From an uncultured Methanomicrobiales archaeon (GTDB lineage Archaea > Halobacteriota > Methanomicrobia > Methanomicrobiales > Methanospirillaceae): a stretch of 64,000 bases of DNA. The stretch's first letter is position 1. The number at the start of each line of letters is the position of its first letter. Below, one piece after another: positions 9,115 through 19,548 of the stretch. Location: assembly GCA_963697895.1 (NCBI GenBank), contig OY969100.1:1504001-1568000 (forward strand), in the 5' to 3' direction. The position numbers and the translations under genes were made by a program. The notes beneath the pieces are model-generated. The model ran no database searches, was not told where the DNA came from, and saw nothing but the letters and a program-made list of their open reading frames with translations.

Positions 9115-9963
9115 TCAGACCCTGATTGGCCCGTCTTGGTAGGACAAATCCTTGTCGAAGTTGTTGATCGAACCGCTTGCTATGGTGTCCTCTTTATACA
9201 CGAAGTCTCCTTCAGGCACATCATTGTTACCCCGGGCCTCCTGGGTATGAACATCCATGAAGGCTTCAATGGTTCCCGTTGCCGGGACAAGGATTAACCC
9301 GTCAGGTGTATTGATGACTGTTCCTTTGGCATGGATGCTGTAAGCAAGCTGTGCAGGGAAGTCAGCTGTAGCCTGGATATCACGGAGGGTTGCGTCGGTT
9401 ACGACGTTGATGTTCGTTACATCGATGTTGCTCCCTGCCTGGACTATGTTACAGAATGCCGGGGCATCAGCGCTCGCTCCGGAAGCGAACGGACAGAGCA
9501 TCGAATCTGCGGTTGATCCTCCGGGTGCTCCAACCATATCCATGATGATCTTCTCGCTAGAGGTCATCCTGCCATTCTTCGTCGGATCTGCGATGAATTG
9601 GATGCTTCGGTGAGAATTCACATTATTGGTCCCGAGAACTTGGTTCGCATTGTCTGCGGTGAATGTCTTCGAGTAATCGGTGAGCCCGTTCTTGGCTTCT
9701 GTGAATTCGGTATAGACATTCGTCGCCTGCCTTCCTCCACTGGAAAGTGGTGCACTATTTACGCCGCCTGAATTCTGCGCCGTTGTCATGACCATGGTGA
9801 CCGAATTGGTGAATGTCCCGGATACCGATACCGACGTGACCGATCTGATTCCCTGGGTCTCGAAGGTCGCACTGGGTTCCAATGCGGCCATGACTGAACT
9901 GCAGGCCATTATGCAGAGCGCCACTCCAATCAGCATTAAATAAACTAATTTGTTATTCTTCAT
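9115..9963 (-). CDS. Secreted beta-rich envelope/sheath-like protein, copy 5 (type C)
   Basis: PSATFETQG, CPFA...PAFCNIV, HTQEARGNNDVPE and YQDG conserved; GGAGG RBS and palindrome 9981-9999 support start 9963. Confidence 0.85.
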   Translation of the reverse strand: MKNNKLVYLMLIGVALCIMACSSVMAALEPSATFETQGIRSVTSVSVSGTFTNSVTMVMTTAQNSGGVNSAPLSSGGRQATNVYTEFTEAKNGLTDYSKTFTADNANQVLGTNNVNSHRSIQFIADPTKNGRMTSSEKIIMDMVGAPGGSTADSMLCPFASGASADAPAFCNIVQAGSNIDVTNINVVTDATLRDIQATADFPAQLAYSIHAKGTVINTPDGLILVPATGTIEAFMDVHTQEARGNNDVPEGDFVYKEDTIASGSINNFDKDLSYQDGPIRV

Positions 9964-10331
9964 CCATCCTCCTACAATATAGCTGATTATTTTCAGCACT
10001 TACTGTTTTGTTATGATCTTTTAAATAGCTTCTTTCCGGGTTTATCACGCGAAGGAGACGATATCCTGCGGTTCAATGAATAAACCCCGCGGGTACATAC
10101 ATTCAAATAAAATGGTTTTTTGCAGAATTAGATACATCATAACTCAAGAACTGCCAATTCCATTTCAGCTGCACCGTAAACTATTCTGTTCCAAGCAGTA
10201 ATTTATGGAAGTAATAGAGCCATCGAATATTGAAACTATGGAGATAAGAGCAAATTTATCATTAATTTTTAGAATTTATGGGTATTATTGTTCTAAAACA
10301 GAGCCCGGAAAAAAATATTCCCGGTCGAATT

Positions 10332-10742
10332 TTAACCGGTATAGGATGTGCTGAAGTAGAAATTATTGATGATCCCGCTTGCACTGGTGTACTGGTTATA
10401 GGTAAACTCTCCACCCGGGCCTATACTGTGCGAGTTGGAATATGCTGAAATATCGCCGATGGTGGGAATCTCGCCTAGTGGCTGGGCACTTATCGTATAT
10501 CCAAGCATTGGTGCCGATGGATACGATAAGGGCGCAGAAACACCGCTAAAGAGACTGAGTCCATTCGTGTCAGATACGAGAGATATCCCACTGACATCTA
10601 TATAGCTTCCAGACATTTGCATCTGACTGGCCAACGGCAGCCCGTCGGATAATTGTGCAGAAACGGTGCCGGTAAGGCCGATAATGATCGCCACCGCCAG
10701 CAACGATATTCCTATCAACGTTTTTTTCATCATGATTCTCAC
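10332..10742 (-). CDS. Half-length secreted paralog (C-terminal half of the family fold)
   Basis: Signal peptide then GSYIDVS..YTISAQ..GDISAY..FTYNQYTSASGIINNF, matching GSNLDAT..YSISAK..GSVSAF..FVYKETTSASGFINSF. Confidence 0.65.
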   Translation of the reverse strand: MRIMMKKTLIGISLLAVAIIIGLTGTVSAQLSDGLPLASQMQMSGSYIDVSGISLVSDTNGLSLFSGVSAPLSYPSAPMLGYTISAQPLGEIPTIGDISAYSNSHSIGPGGEFTYNQYTSASGIINNFYFSTSYTG

Positions 10743-11070
10743 TCTATTCTGTGTTTAATGTTAATCATCGTTCGTGTTCGATGAATAAATACCTTCTCCT
10801 GATCCTTTTATCGATGCTATTCCGCCCGATATACAATATAACCCCGTATAGTTCACTTAATGAAACAACAATTTCTATGGATGGACCCGAACTGTAGCTG
10901 AATGAACCGGAGGGATAAATATTCATGAAATTTCATGCCCCGTGAAATATCATTATCCTGGCCCCTGCACCGGATATACGGGTTTTTAGAGAGCGGAAAT
11001 GGTAGATTCAGGTCTCTGACCAATGGCATTTTACTCATCTTTATCATAGATAGCAGAAAATGTTATACCC

Positions 11071-13047
11071 ATGAAATGGTTCCGGGCTGGAATTATGTGC
11101 CTGATAATCGGGGGTATCCTTATTTCTGGTTGTATTACGGATCAGGCGCCTGCCGTAAACAATAGCAGCAGCACAGAGACCCGGAACGCAACGCTCGCTA
11201 CGGCAATTCAGAAATACGATACTATTTTACAATCAGATCCGGGAAATGTCTCCATCCTGATGGAGAAAGGAAGTGCATTAACAGAACTTAATCGCTATGA
11301 TGATGCCCTTGCCGTGTATGATCGCGTCATCGCGCTGTACCCTAACCAATCGTTTGCATGGGGATATCGGGGGAATGTGCTTTTCAGCACCGGCAGATAC
11401 GAGGATGCACTGGACTCGTACGATCGCTCCCTGTATATCGATCCCGGTATGGCAGCAACCTGGGGATATCGGGGAAAATCCCTTGCCCGTTTGGGGAGAT
11501 ATGATGAGGCAATTCAGGCATATGATCATGCACTTGGCATTGACCCCAATCTCTCTGCCGCGTGGGAGTTAAGAGGAGATGCATTATCCAGTTTGGGGAG
11601 ATACCAGGAGGCTCTTGCATCCTATGACCATGCTCTGCAGATTTCACCAGATCGTATATCTACCATGGAAGCGAAGGCCTATCTTCTGGAAAAACTGGGC
11701 CGGTATGAAGCATCCGTCCAGACATATGATCAGGCATTGAACGTTTCCCCCAACGATACGGTATTGCTGAAAGATAAAGCATATTTGTTAAATCTGATGG
11801 GAAGGTACGAAGATGCTATAAGCACCTATGATCGTGTTCTGGAACGCGAACCGCGTGACACGGTCGCAATGACATACAGGGGATATGCACTCAACAATCT
11901 GGGAAGATATAATGAATCGATTGCCCAATTCGATATTGCGCTGGGAATAAACGAAAATAACAGCCTTGCCTGGTCGAACAAGGGATTTGCCCTGAACGCA
12001 TTGGGACAGCGACAGGAGGCACTCGATGCATACGACCGGGCACTCGCGGTGGACCCTGGCCTTCCAATCGCATGGGTTAATAAGGGATATACATTAAGCG
12101 AACTGGGCCGAAATGAAGATGCGTTATCGGCCTATGACCGGGCTATCGCAATCGATCCAAACAATACGTTTGCCCTGGTCTATAAAGGGGGCACCCTTTA
12201 CCAGCTCAATCGTTACCCCGAGGCCATAGATGCTATTGATATGGCACTTGCTCTTGACCCGAATAACAGTCTCGCCTGGTCAACAAAAGGGAATGCCCTC
12301 ACCCGCCTGGGAAAATACCCAGAAGCGGCAGCTGCATTTGATCGAGCTATTGCAATTGAGCCAAATTCCTCAACGCTCTGGTTCAACAAGGGGTACGCAC
12401 TTCAGGCGGCGAAACAATGGAAGAATGCCCTTGATGCGTACGATCGGTCCCTTGCACTTGATCCTGAAAACAGCAATACCTGGACATACAAAGTGGCAGT
12501 TCTCCACGAGTTGGGTCGTGACTTAGAGGCGGTCCATCAATATGACAGGGAAATACAGCTCCATCCAAACAACACCGTCGCCTTGATGAATAAAGGGTAT
12601 GCGCTTTTCACAACCCACGAGTATGATGATGCCATCCGGTTGTACGACCGTGCAATCGCTATTGAACCGAATAATATCATTGCATGGGTCAATAAGGGAA
12701 CTATCCAGATACAGGTGGGGGATTATATTGGTGCGATCGATACGTTTAACCAGGCAATGCTGGTGAGTCCGAATGATGAAAACGTTCACCTTTATAAAGG
12801 GATTGCGCTCGCCAGGATGGGCAGTTATGCGGAGGCAGTGGACGAGTTCGATGCGGTCATTAAGATAAATTCACAGAACACCGCTGCATGGACAAATAAA
12901 GGGTATTCACTAGTGAAAACGGGTAACGTGGTCGAAGGGATCCAAGCGTATGACACTGCTCTGAAGATTGACCCCAGCTATACCGCAGCACAGCAGGGAA
13001 GACTCCAGGCAATTCAGGTTAACTGGCCGGGATACCGGAAAGGATGA
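11071..13047 (+). CDS. Tetratricopeptide-repeat protein, probable lipoprotein
   Basis: ILISGC lipobox-like signal; about 17 34-aa TPR units (AW.NKG..L..LGRY.EA...YD.AL.IDP). Confidence 0.9.
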   Translation: MKWFRAGIMCLIIGGILISGCITDQAPAVNNSSSTETRNATLATAIQKYDTILQSDPGNVSILMEKGSALTELNRYDDALAVYDRVIALYPNQSFAWGYRGNVLFSTGRYEDALDSYDRSLYIDPGMAATWGYRGKSLARLGRYDEAIQAYDHALGIDPNLSAAWELRGDALSSLGRYQEALASYDHALQISPDRISTMEAKAYLLEKLGRYEASVQTYDQALNVSPNDTVLLKDKAYLLNLMGRYEDAISTYDRVLEREPRDTVAMTYRGYALNNLGRYNESIAQFDIALGINENNSLAWSNKGFALNALGQRQEALDAYDRALAVDPGLPIAWVNKGYTLSELGRNEDALSAYDRAIAIDPNNTFALVYKGGTLYQLNRYPEAIDAIDMALALDPNNSLAWSTKGNALTRLGKYPEAAAAFDRAIAIEPNSSTLWFNKGYALQAAKQWKNALDAYDRSLALDPENSNTWTYKVAVLHELGRDLEAVHQYDREIQLHPNNTVALMNKGYALFTTHEYDDAIRLYDRAIAIEPNNIIAWVNKGTIQIQVGDYIGAIDTFNQAMLVSPNDENVHLYKGIALARMGSYAEAVDEFDAVIKINSQNTAAWTNKGYSLVKTGNVVEGIQAYDTALKIDPSYTAAQQGRLQAIQVNWPGYRKG

Positions 13048-13116
13048 AAAAATCGGCATGGTCTTTTAATTTCCCTTTCAATCCACCGCCTGCAGATCGA
13101 AAGTAAATCTCTAAAA

Positions 13117-13998
13117 TTACATCTGGTGGCTTGAAACCTGCCATCGATGGACATATCCCCTTTTTTCCATCACCTGATCATCCAGCCACACGCCGTGCTC
13201 TCGTACAACCTTCCCGATCACCGTAAAAGGAATATCGATATCCGGTAATCGTGCCGGTGAACAGGTAAACAGGAGCTCGAAGTCTCCTCCGCTGTAGAGC
13301 GCCAGGTCACGCCCGACTTCAGAAGGCATACCCGCAGGAATAGGTATCAGATCGGATCTAACCGAATAACCGCAGGTATTCGCATCAAGCATATCATACA
13401 GGGAGAGAGAGAGTCCGTCACTGATATCCATCATTGAGCTGATCCCGGAAATGGCAAGCTTTCGCCCCTCCGCTACCCGTGGTTGGGGTTCGAACAATTG
13501 AAGATCGTACTGATGATACCCGGACAATGCTGCCCCTGCGCATCCAAGGGTTCCGGATATGCATATAACGTCCCCGATACACGAACCGGACCTTCTCACG
13601 ATGATTTCTCGATCGACGGTCCCAATTCCCGTGCTCACAATGGTCAGTTCCTCATGATTATCCAGATCCCCCCCTGCCAGCTCAACGCCAAATCGCGAAC
13701 AACAATCGGATGCCCCCGACATAATGTCGAAGAGTCGGTCCGGCCGGTCAAGACCAATTGAAATGAGCATGAACCAAGGAAAGGCACCCATACTCGCGAT
13801 GTCTGAAAGGCTCACTGCCGCACTCATCCAGCCGATCTGCCAGTCACTCATCTGGGCTGGAAAATCGGTCTCGGTGTGGAGCATGTCGGTTGTGGCAACG
13901 AGAAACTTGTCACCGAGCGGCATAACCGCACAGTCGTCAAGAGTATATTCCCGTCCGATAACTTCACGGACTACGTTCAGGAGTTCACGTTCATCCAA
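13117..13998 (-). CDS. thiL: Thiamine-monophosphate kinase
   Basis: DDCAV, TTDML, SLSDIASMGA, GGD, MMDISDGL, GGDFELLFT. Confidence 0.95.
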   Translation of the reverse strand: MDERELLNVVREVIGREYTLDDCAVMPLGDKFLVATTDMLHTETDFPAQMSDWQIGWMSAAVSLSDIASMGAFPWFMLISIGLDRPDRLFDIMSGASDCCSRFGVELAGGDLDNHEELTIVSTGIGTVDREIIVRRSGSCIGDVICISGTLGCAGAALSGYHQYDLQLFEPQPRVAEGRKLAISGISSMMDISDGLSLSLYDMLDANTCGYSVRSDLIPIPAGMPSEVGRDLALYSGGDFELLFTCSPARLPDIDIPFTVIGKVVREHGVWLDDQVMEKRGYVHRWQVSSHQM

Positions 13999-15947
13999 CC
14001 TTTTTCATCTCCTTCCCCCGTTCAGCCTGGTATTCACGAAATAGATGTTCAAGTTTCTTGGTATGTTTTTCCCGTTCATATTGTTCATACTGCATTTCCC
14101 ACCCGGACATACAACCTCGCAGCTTTTCTTTCACTATAACCCCTGTTTTCCCCCGGATCATCGCTCCAACATCGGTTGCGGTTAGCAACGGAAGCCTGTA
14201 TTCGAGGCAAACCTCACGGAATTGTGGATCATTGGATATTCCGGCTATGAGCGCGCCGATACCCATTTCAGCAAGATCTCTCACCAGTCCTCGACCCCAT
14301 CCCTCGATCTTATACACATATACCAGATCCCTCTCTTTGATGCCCATTTCGTCTATGAGAAGCTTGAGTCCCTCTTTCGTAAAGGACGACAATACTTTCA
14401 CCGGAATGACGTCACGGTCGATCGCCATCAGCTCGTCGAAGGTTTTCAGGCGATCAAGACGTTTATGGAGCGTTCTGTTTGCTCGTTCTTCCTTCCTAAG
14501 CCGCTTCTTAAGACTCAGAATGACCGCATCGCGGGTTGCTATTCCCGTATCCTTCTGAAGCTTTCGATCCTGAGCTGAACGTACCCGGCGAAGCCTCGTT
14601 TGGAGGCGTATTATCTCATGATCGCGCTGTTTGATCTCCTCCTGGAGTTCCTGCACAAATCCTCTGAGTCGTTTGACTGTACCGTCGAGTATCCGTATCC
14701 GTTCGTCATGTATGGTCTCTGTCGGAACAAGATGCGCTTCTACCGGCGGTACTGGCGACGGAATCTTCAATTCATCCAGCACGTGCTCGAGGGACTGCCC
14801 CCGGATCACCCCGGCCAGAACGTTATCAAGATTATGCCCCGGGGGAACCCGCTTTATCACGTTCCTGAACTTATTCCTGACATGGCGATACGCTTCGAGC
14901 GCTGCTGAGAGCGCATCACGCTCATGATCATTCCCATACTGGTAAGGGGACGTGATATCGAGTCTTTGATTCGACACTCATATCCGATTTCGGGGTAAAG
15001 CCGACTGCATTGAATGCACGGCGGATCTTCTCAACCGAGAATGGCATATCATGGACATCAGAAGCAATGATCAGAGGTTTCCCGATTTGAAAGAGTGACT
15101 CGATCACATCGGACATCGAGGTCTGGCGGGAACTGCTTATATGGAGCAGATTGCCATCGAGATCCAGTGCAGCAATTGCCGTTGTGGTTCCGGGGTCGAT
15201 GCCGACGATCAGGAAACGGGGTTTTCCGGAAACCGGTCTGAACCTGATTCGGTCAAGTCGCCTTCCTTCAATCCGTACCTGGACGTCTGCTCCACGATAG
15301 GCCTGAACGGGAATCTGATCCCTGGCTGCCTGAACACCGAAAGCCACCCGGCTGCACCCCCCAAATGCGTGGGTTTCCTTTTTGGCATATTTTAGCCCGG
15401 CAGCAGCAAGTTCCATCTCGATTTCCCGTGCTTTCTGTTGCACCGCCCCATGTATTTTACGGACGTATCTGTTCTGGCTCCATCCACCCTTGCCCGGGGA
15501 CCGGTGTCGGCTTACAATGACGTCAGAAGTATTCTCATATGCAATAACTTCGGCACCGGCTCCAAGAAGAGCGACCCTTGCGATAGTTCTGGCCTCGTCG
15601 AAGGGGTTGAGCCGGTCGAAGCTGATATTATATCGTGCTGCCACCTTGGAAAGCGTCTCCTTCCGCTCCCCTCCCGTCACCTGAACAAGGCGTGTCTGTG
15701 TGGGCAGTTCCCGCAGAAAAAGGAAGAGCTCGCGCTGATCGGTTGCAATTTCCTGAAGGCTGTCAACTGCCAGGATATCCGGTTTTTCGGCGGTAAGAAT
15801 ACGGAATAGCCTGAACCGCGAGACCTCATTCTCTGATACAATCTGGTCGCCCTCCATACGGACAAGAGCGTACATCGGTCTCCGGGAACGTGAACGTACC
15901 GAACCCCGGATGATATCTATCCCATAGACCTTCAGCTCGTTACGCAT
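13991..15947 (-). CDS. DUF460 family RNase H-fold/coiled-coil protein, split by a +1 frameshift at 14963
   Basis: LIVGIDPGTTTAIA motif; removing one base joins ...VESK to LDITSPYQYGNDHERDAL. Confidence 0.8.
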
Positions 15948-15959
15948 TGCAGTGCTTCC

Positions 15960-16791
15960 TCAGTATCGGTACGCGAGCATATATTTTCTCTCGAAGTACC
16001 TGAGGATGTTTACGAGATCCCGGCGGAGTGTGGCATTGGCATTCGGGTGGTCCCGTTCAATCCACTGGGGCCAGTCGATTATAATGCATTCCCCTCCTGC
16101 AATCATCACGTTGTATTCGCTCATGTCCGCGTGGATAACGCCCTTCTCGTACGCCCGCCGAACCTGCTCCAGGATCTCATCCCTGAATAGCATCGGTTCA
16201 TCCAGCTGACACCGATTAAGGTTCACACCTGGGATGAATTCCATGGCGACTACATTACGGTTCAGGTCAACCGGAAGAGGTACCTGCACGGCGGGGTGCA
16301 GCATCTTCAGGGCGTCGTATTCACGCTCTGCGGAATAACGGGAGGCAAATATCCAGGGGCAATGGCCCTTCTCCGGCATATATTCCCGCGTGAGCCTTAC
16401 CGCATGGAATGACCGCTGACCGATATGATGGAACTTCAACGCCAGCGTTCCAAGCCCTGTTGCCTCATATACAACCGACTCTTTTCCTTCCCCTATGAGG
16501 CATCCCAGCGCGTTAACGGTCCCGCGTCTAGAAAGAGTCTATCAGAGCCAGTGCATCATATCCCCCGAATATGAGGGTATATCCTTCATAGGGGACCGTG
16601 TCGTACCGCACCATACCCAGATTCATCAGCCTGCTCATCCGGTACGCAATCTCAGATTCTGAAAGACGAACCGCACGCTTGATCAGGTCGAGTGGCACCC
16701 ACTGGTGTTTCGCCATAAGTCGCTCCAGAGTGCTCAAAAGCCGGATCTCATACGGGTGGAGTGATCGGATATGATCGGCGGAAATTACCAT
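15960..16791 (-). CDS. rio2: RIO2-type Ser/Thr kinase, split by a +1 frameshift near 16540
   Basis: N-terminal wHTH ending GYDALAL, then GEGKESVVY, LKFH, IHADMSEYNV, IIDWPQ. Confidence 0.85.
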
Positions 16792-16844
16792 CTGCTCTAC
16801 ACATTTTATCTATGCCAATGATAAAGGTTGATCTGAAAGAAACC

Positions 16845-17735
16845 ATGGCCTGTGACAAATGCCACCGTCCGGCAATCGTTTATCAGCGGTATTCAGGACT
16901 GCACCTCTGCGAATCTCATTTCAATGAAGACTTCGAAAAGAAGGCGAAAAGGGCAATTCGAAAAAGGCAATGGATCCGCCCGGGGGATCGGATTGGAATA
17001 ATTATGGATGGCGGAATGGATAGCAATGGGCTTGCATTCTTTTTATCGCACCTTCTTAAAAAACGGCATGATATTGATCTTATAGGGCTATCTGTTCTTG
17101 ATGGACCCGGTTCTGATCAGGGTGCGACACGGGCAGAAGAGGTCGCCAGAAATCTTGAAATACCGTGGGTTTCGGTATCGCTCTCAAAGGAAATCAGATG
17201 TCCGATAGATAAAATGGCAATGAACAAAAGCTATCTGCTCTCGTGTCCCCATATCAACGGACTTATGAATCATTGCCACGAACTCCTTGCAAGAGATCAG
17301 GGGGTAACCAAAATCGCTCTCAGCAAAGATCTCGATGAAGAAGCAGGGGATATCCTGATGCATACACTGCAGGGCACCCCTTCCAGGTTATTTGATATAT
17401 CTGCCGGTGCGGGATGCCAATTCCCACAGATATGTCCGTTCATCTCTATTCCGAAACGCGAGGTGATGTTATACGCCTTTCTTCACACGAACGGCAACGA
17501 GTTTGAAAAGCATTTATATTCCCCTTCCCGTGTCCCGGAAGAGATTAGGGCGCTCCTGAATGAGTACGCCTACCGCCACCCTGCGACAAAGTATGCACTC
17601 GTCAACCTCGCTGAGGAATTGAGAAGTTCACCCCTCCTGCGGAGTGAGGCATCATGTATCGTGGCACGCAAAGAACCGGGTTTTAACCGCTGCGAAGGAT
17701 GCGATATGTTAAATAAGGTGCGACATGGCAATTGA
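16845..17735 (+). CDS. TtuA/Ncs6/TtcA-like PP-loop protein with degenerate catalytic motifs
   Basis: CDKC..HLCESHF Zn finger, RPGDRI, HPATKYAL; SGGKDS appears as DGGMDS. Confidence 0.7.
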   Translation: MACDKCHRPAIVYQRYSGLHLCESHFNEDFEKKAKRAIRKRQWIRPGDRIGIIMDGGMDSNGLAFFLSHLLKKRHDIDLIGLSVLDGPGSDQGATRAEEVARNLEIPWVSVSLSKEIRCPIDKMAMNKSYLLSCPHINGLMNHCHELLARDQGVTKIALSKDLDEEAGDILMHTLQGTPSRLFDISAGAGCQFPQICPFISIPKREVMLYAFLHTNGNEFEKHLYSPSRVPEEIRALLNEYAYRHPATKYALVNLAEELRSSPLLRSEASCIVARKEPGFNRCEGCDMLNKVRHGN

Positions 17736-19437
17736 ACGAAAGGGAACGTTCTGGCATTATTTTTTTGCTTCGGAACGCGTGAAGATCGGTGCTTTTTTCA
17801 CCCTTTTTTTCGTACAGATGATCGGGTATACGGCGATATTTCATTATATATACCCTATACTCGAAAAAAAACCGATTAGCTGGCCTGCAGCGCTCCTCTT
17901 CGTTGTCGAAACAATAACCACAACGGGATATGGGGAGCTCATGCCATTTACGAATGATCTGACCGACCTTATTACGATCGTCATGATGATCACCGGGATC
18001 ATCGTAATATTCATGGTAATCCCGCTGATCCTCATCCCCATTCTCGGTAACTTACTCCATACGTCACCCCCCCGGAAGACACCGAGGGAACTCCGGAATC
18101 ATGTGGTGATCATCGGTTTCGGAGAGCTGACCCGTTCTCTCATCGAGAGCCTCATGATATCAGATCTGGAGATCGTAATTATAGAAGACGATGAAGGTAC
18201 GGTCAGAAGAATTGCTCAAATGTACGGAAACCGGGTGTATGCGGTATGGGGCGATTACAATGATTCCCAAACCTGGAATAATGCCTGGATCAAAAATGCG
18301 AGCAACGTCGTCGTTGACAAGGATGAACGGACCGCAGCCACGATTATTCTCGGAATACGCGAACAAACCCCGGGACGGATCATCGCGGTGGTTGACAAAC
18401 TCTCATTTGATCGATATCTTCGATATGCCGGCGCCGAATATGTTCTTTCGCCAAAGCATGTGACAGGTCAGATCCTTGCCAGAGGTGCCCTTCTGACCTC
18501 CCACATCAGCACCATCGTAGACGAGACCCTTTCGGGCCACCGGCTCCCCCACGACCCGTCTGATGAACTAGGCGGAAAGCTCCGTGTCCTGAATATTCCT
18601 ATCGGCCCGGCATCAAACGCTGTAGGGAAATCACTCGGTGAACTTGACCTCTTTTCCAAATATGGGTTTGATACATTGTTACTTGCACGGGGGGGTCATT
18701 TCGACTTCCATCCGAACACCCGCGAAGTGATCGACGGATCAACGATGCTCTTCCTCATAGGAAGTGTCGAACAGATCGCTCCAATGATTGAGCACGAATT
18801 TTTATCCCGTGATGAAGACAGTGCCCTTGCGGTGATTGCAGGTTTTGGTGACGTTGGAGCCGCTGCATATCATGAAATGGCCTCTGTTGGTATGACATGT
18901 ATCGTGATCGACCAGAAATCGCAGTCAGTGAGTCAGGTGATCGGAAATGCCGAAGACGAGGAGATCCTCAAAAAAGCACAGATTGAAACGGCACGGTACT
19001 GTATTGTCGCTCTGAATGATGATCATATCAACATTTTCACGACCTTGATGGCCCGTTCGCTCAACCCGGATATCCGGATCCTCGCGCGGGCCAACGAGCC
19101 GGGATCGGTCGATAAACTCTATCGGGCTGGCGCCGATTACGTGGCCCTTCTCCCAAACATCGGAGGTCAGGTGATCGGCGGGGTCGTCCTCTCCGATATT
19201 GTCAGAGTTGTCCTGAACCTCCCGAACAGACAGAAGGTTCTCCGAAAGCGGGTGATGAAACGGGTTAACCAGACCGTTTCATCCGTGGAGCGGCAAACGG
19301 GCGTCCGGATCATCGGGATAGAGGGAAGAGAACGGTCCATTGTGCGGCCCCATCCAGAAGAACACCTGTTAGAAGGAGATACTCTTGTCGTGATCGGGGA
19401 ATCAACAGATCTGAAAACATTTATCCAGACAATATGA
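17725..19437 (+). CDS. Potassium channel with tandem RCK (TrkA-N/TrkA-C) domains
   Basis: TITTTGYGE selectivity filter between two TM helices; GFGE and GFGDVG Rossmann motifs. Confidence 0.9.
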   Translation: MAIERKGTFWHYFFASERVKIGAFFTLFFVQMIGYTAIFHYIYPILEKKPISWPAALLFVVETITTTGYGELMPFTNDLTDLITIVMMITGIIVIFMVIPLILIPILGNLLHTSPPRKTPRELRNHVVIIGFGELTRSLIESLMISDLEIVIIEDDEGTVRRIAQMYGNRVYAVWGDYNDSQTWNNAWIKNASNVVVDKDERTAATIILGIREQTPGRIIAVVDKLSFDRYLRYAGAEYVLSPKHVTGQILARGALLTSHISTIVDETLSGHRLPHDPSDELGGKLRVLNIPIGPASNAVGKSLGELDLFSKYGFDTLLLARGGHFDFHPNTREVIDGSTMLFLIGSVEQIAPMIEHEFLSRDEDSALAVIAGFGDVGAAAYHEMASVGMTCIVIDQKSQSVSQVIGNAEDEEILKKAQIETARYCIVALNDDHINIFTTLMARSLNPDIRILARANEPGSVDKLYRAGADYVALLPNIGGQVIGGVVLSDIVRVVLNLPNRQKVLRKRVMKRVNQTVSSVERQTGVRIIGIEGRERSIVRPHPEEHLLEGDTLVVIGESTDLKTFIQTI

Positions 19438-19548
19438 GAGAAGGGATGATTGACATTTATCATCCACGGAAGAAGGGATTACCCCCCCCGAACTTTACAG
19501 AGGTTCGGTGAGTTACTCTTTCCAGGGGGGGCAGGGGTGACATAATTC

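Noticed and set aside
2552-9963. Invertase-driven shufflon or DGR explanation for the array
   Set aside because: No recombinase or reverse transcriptase nearby, every full copy has its own promoter, and differences are not adenine-specific
10307-10321. GGAA-N7-TTCC resembling an NrpR operator
   Set aside because: NrpR sites are GGAA-N6-TTCC; this one sits just after a stop codon and fits a terminator
14955-16545. Shared AGACTC at the DUF460 and rio2 frameshifts as a programmed recoding signal
   Set aside because: Only 6 nt, absent at the other two shifts, no slippery heptamer; sequencing error is more parsimonious
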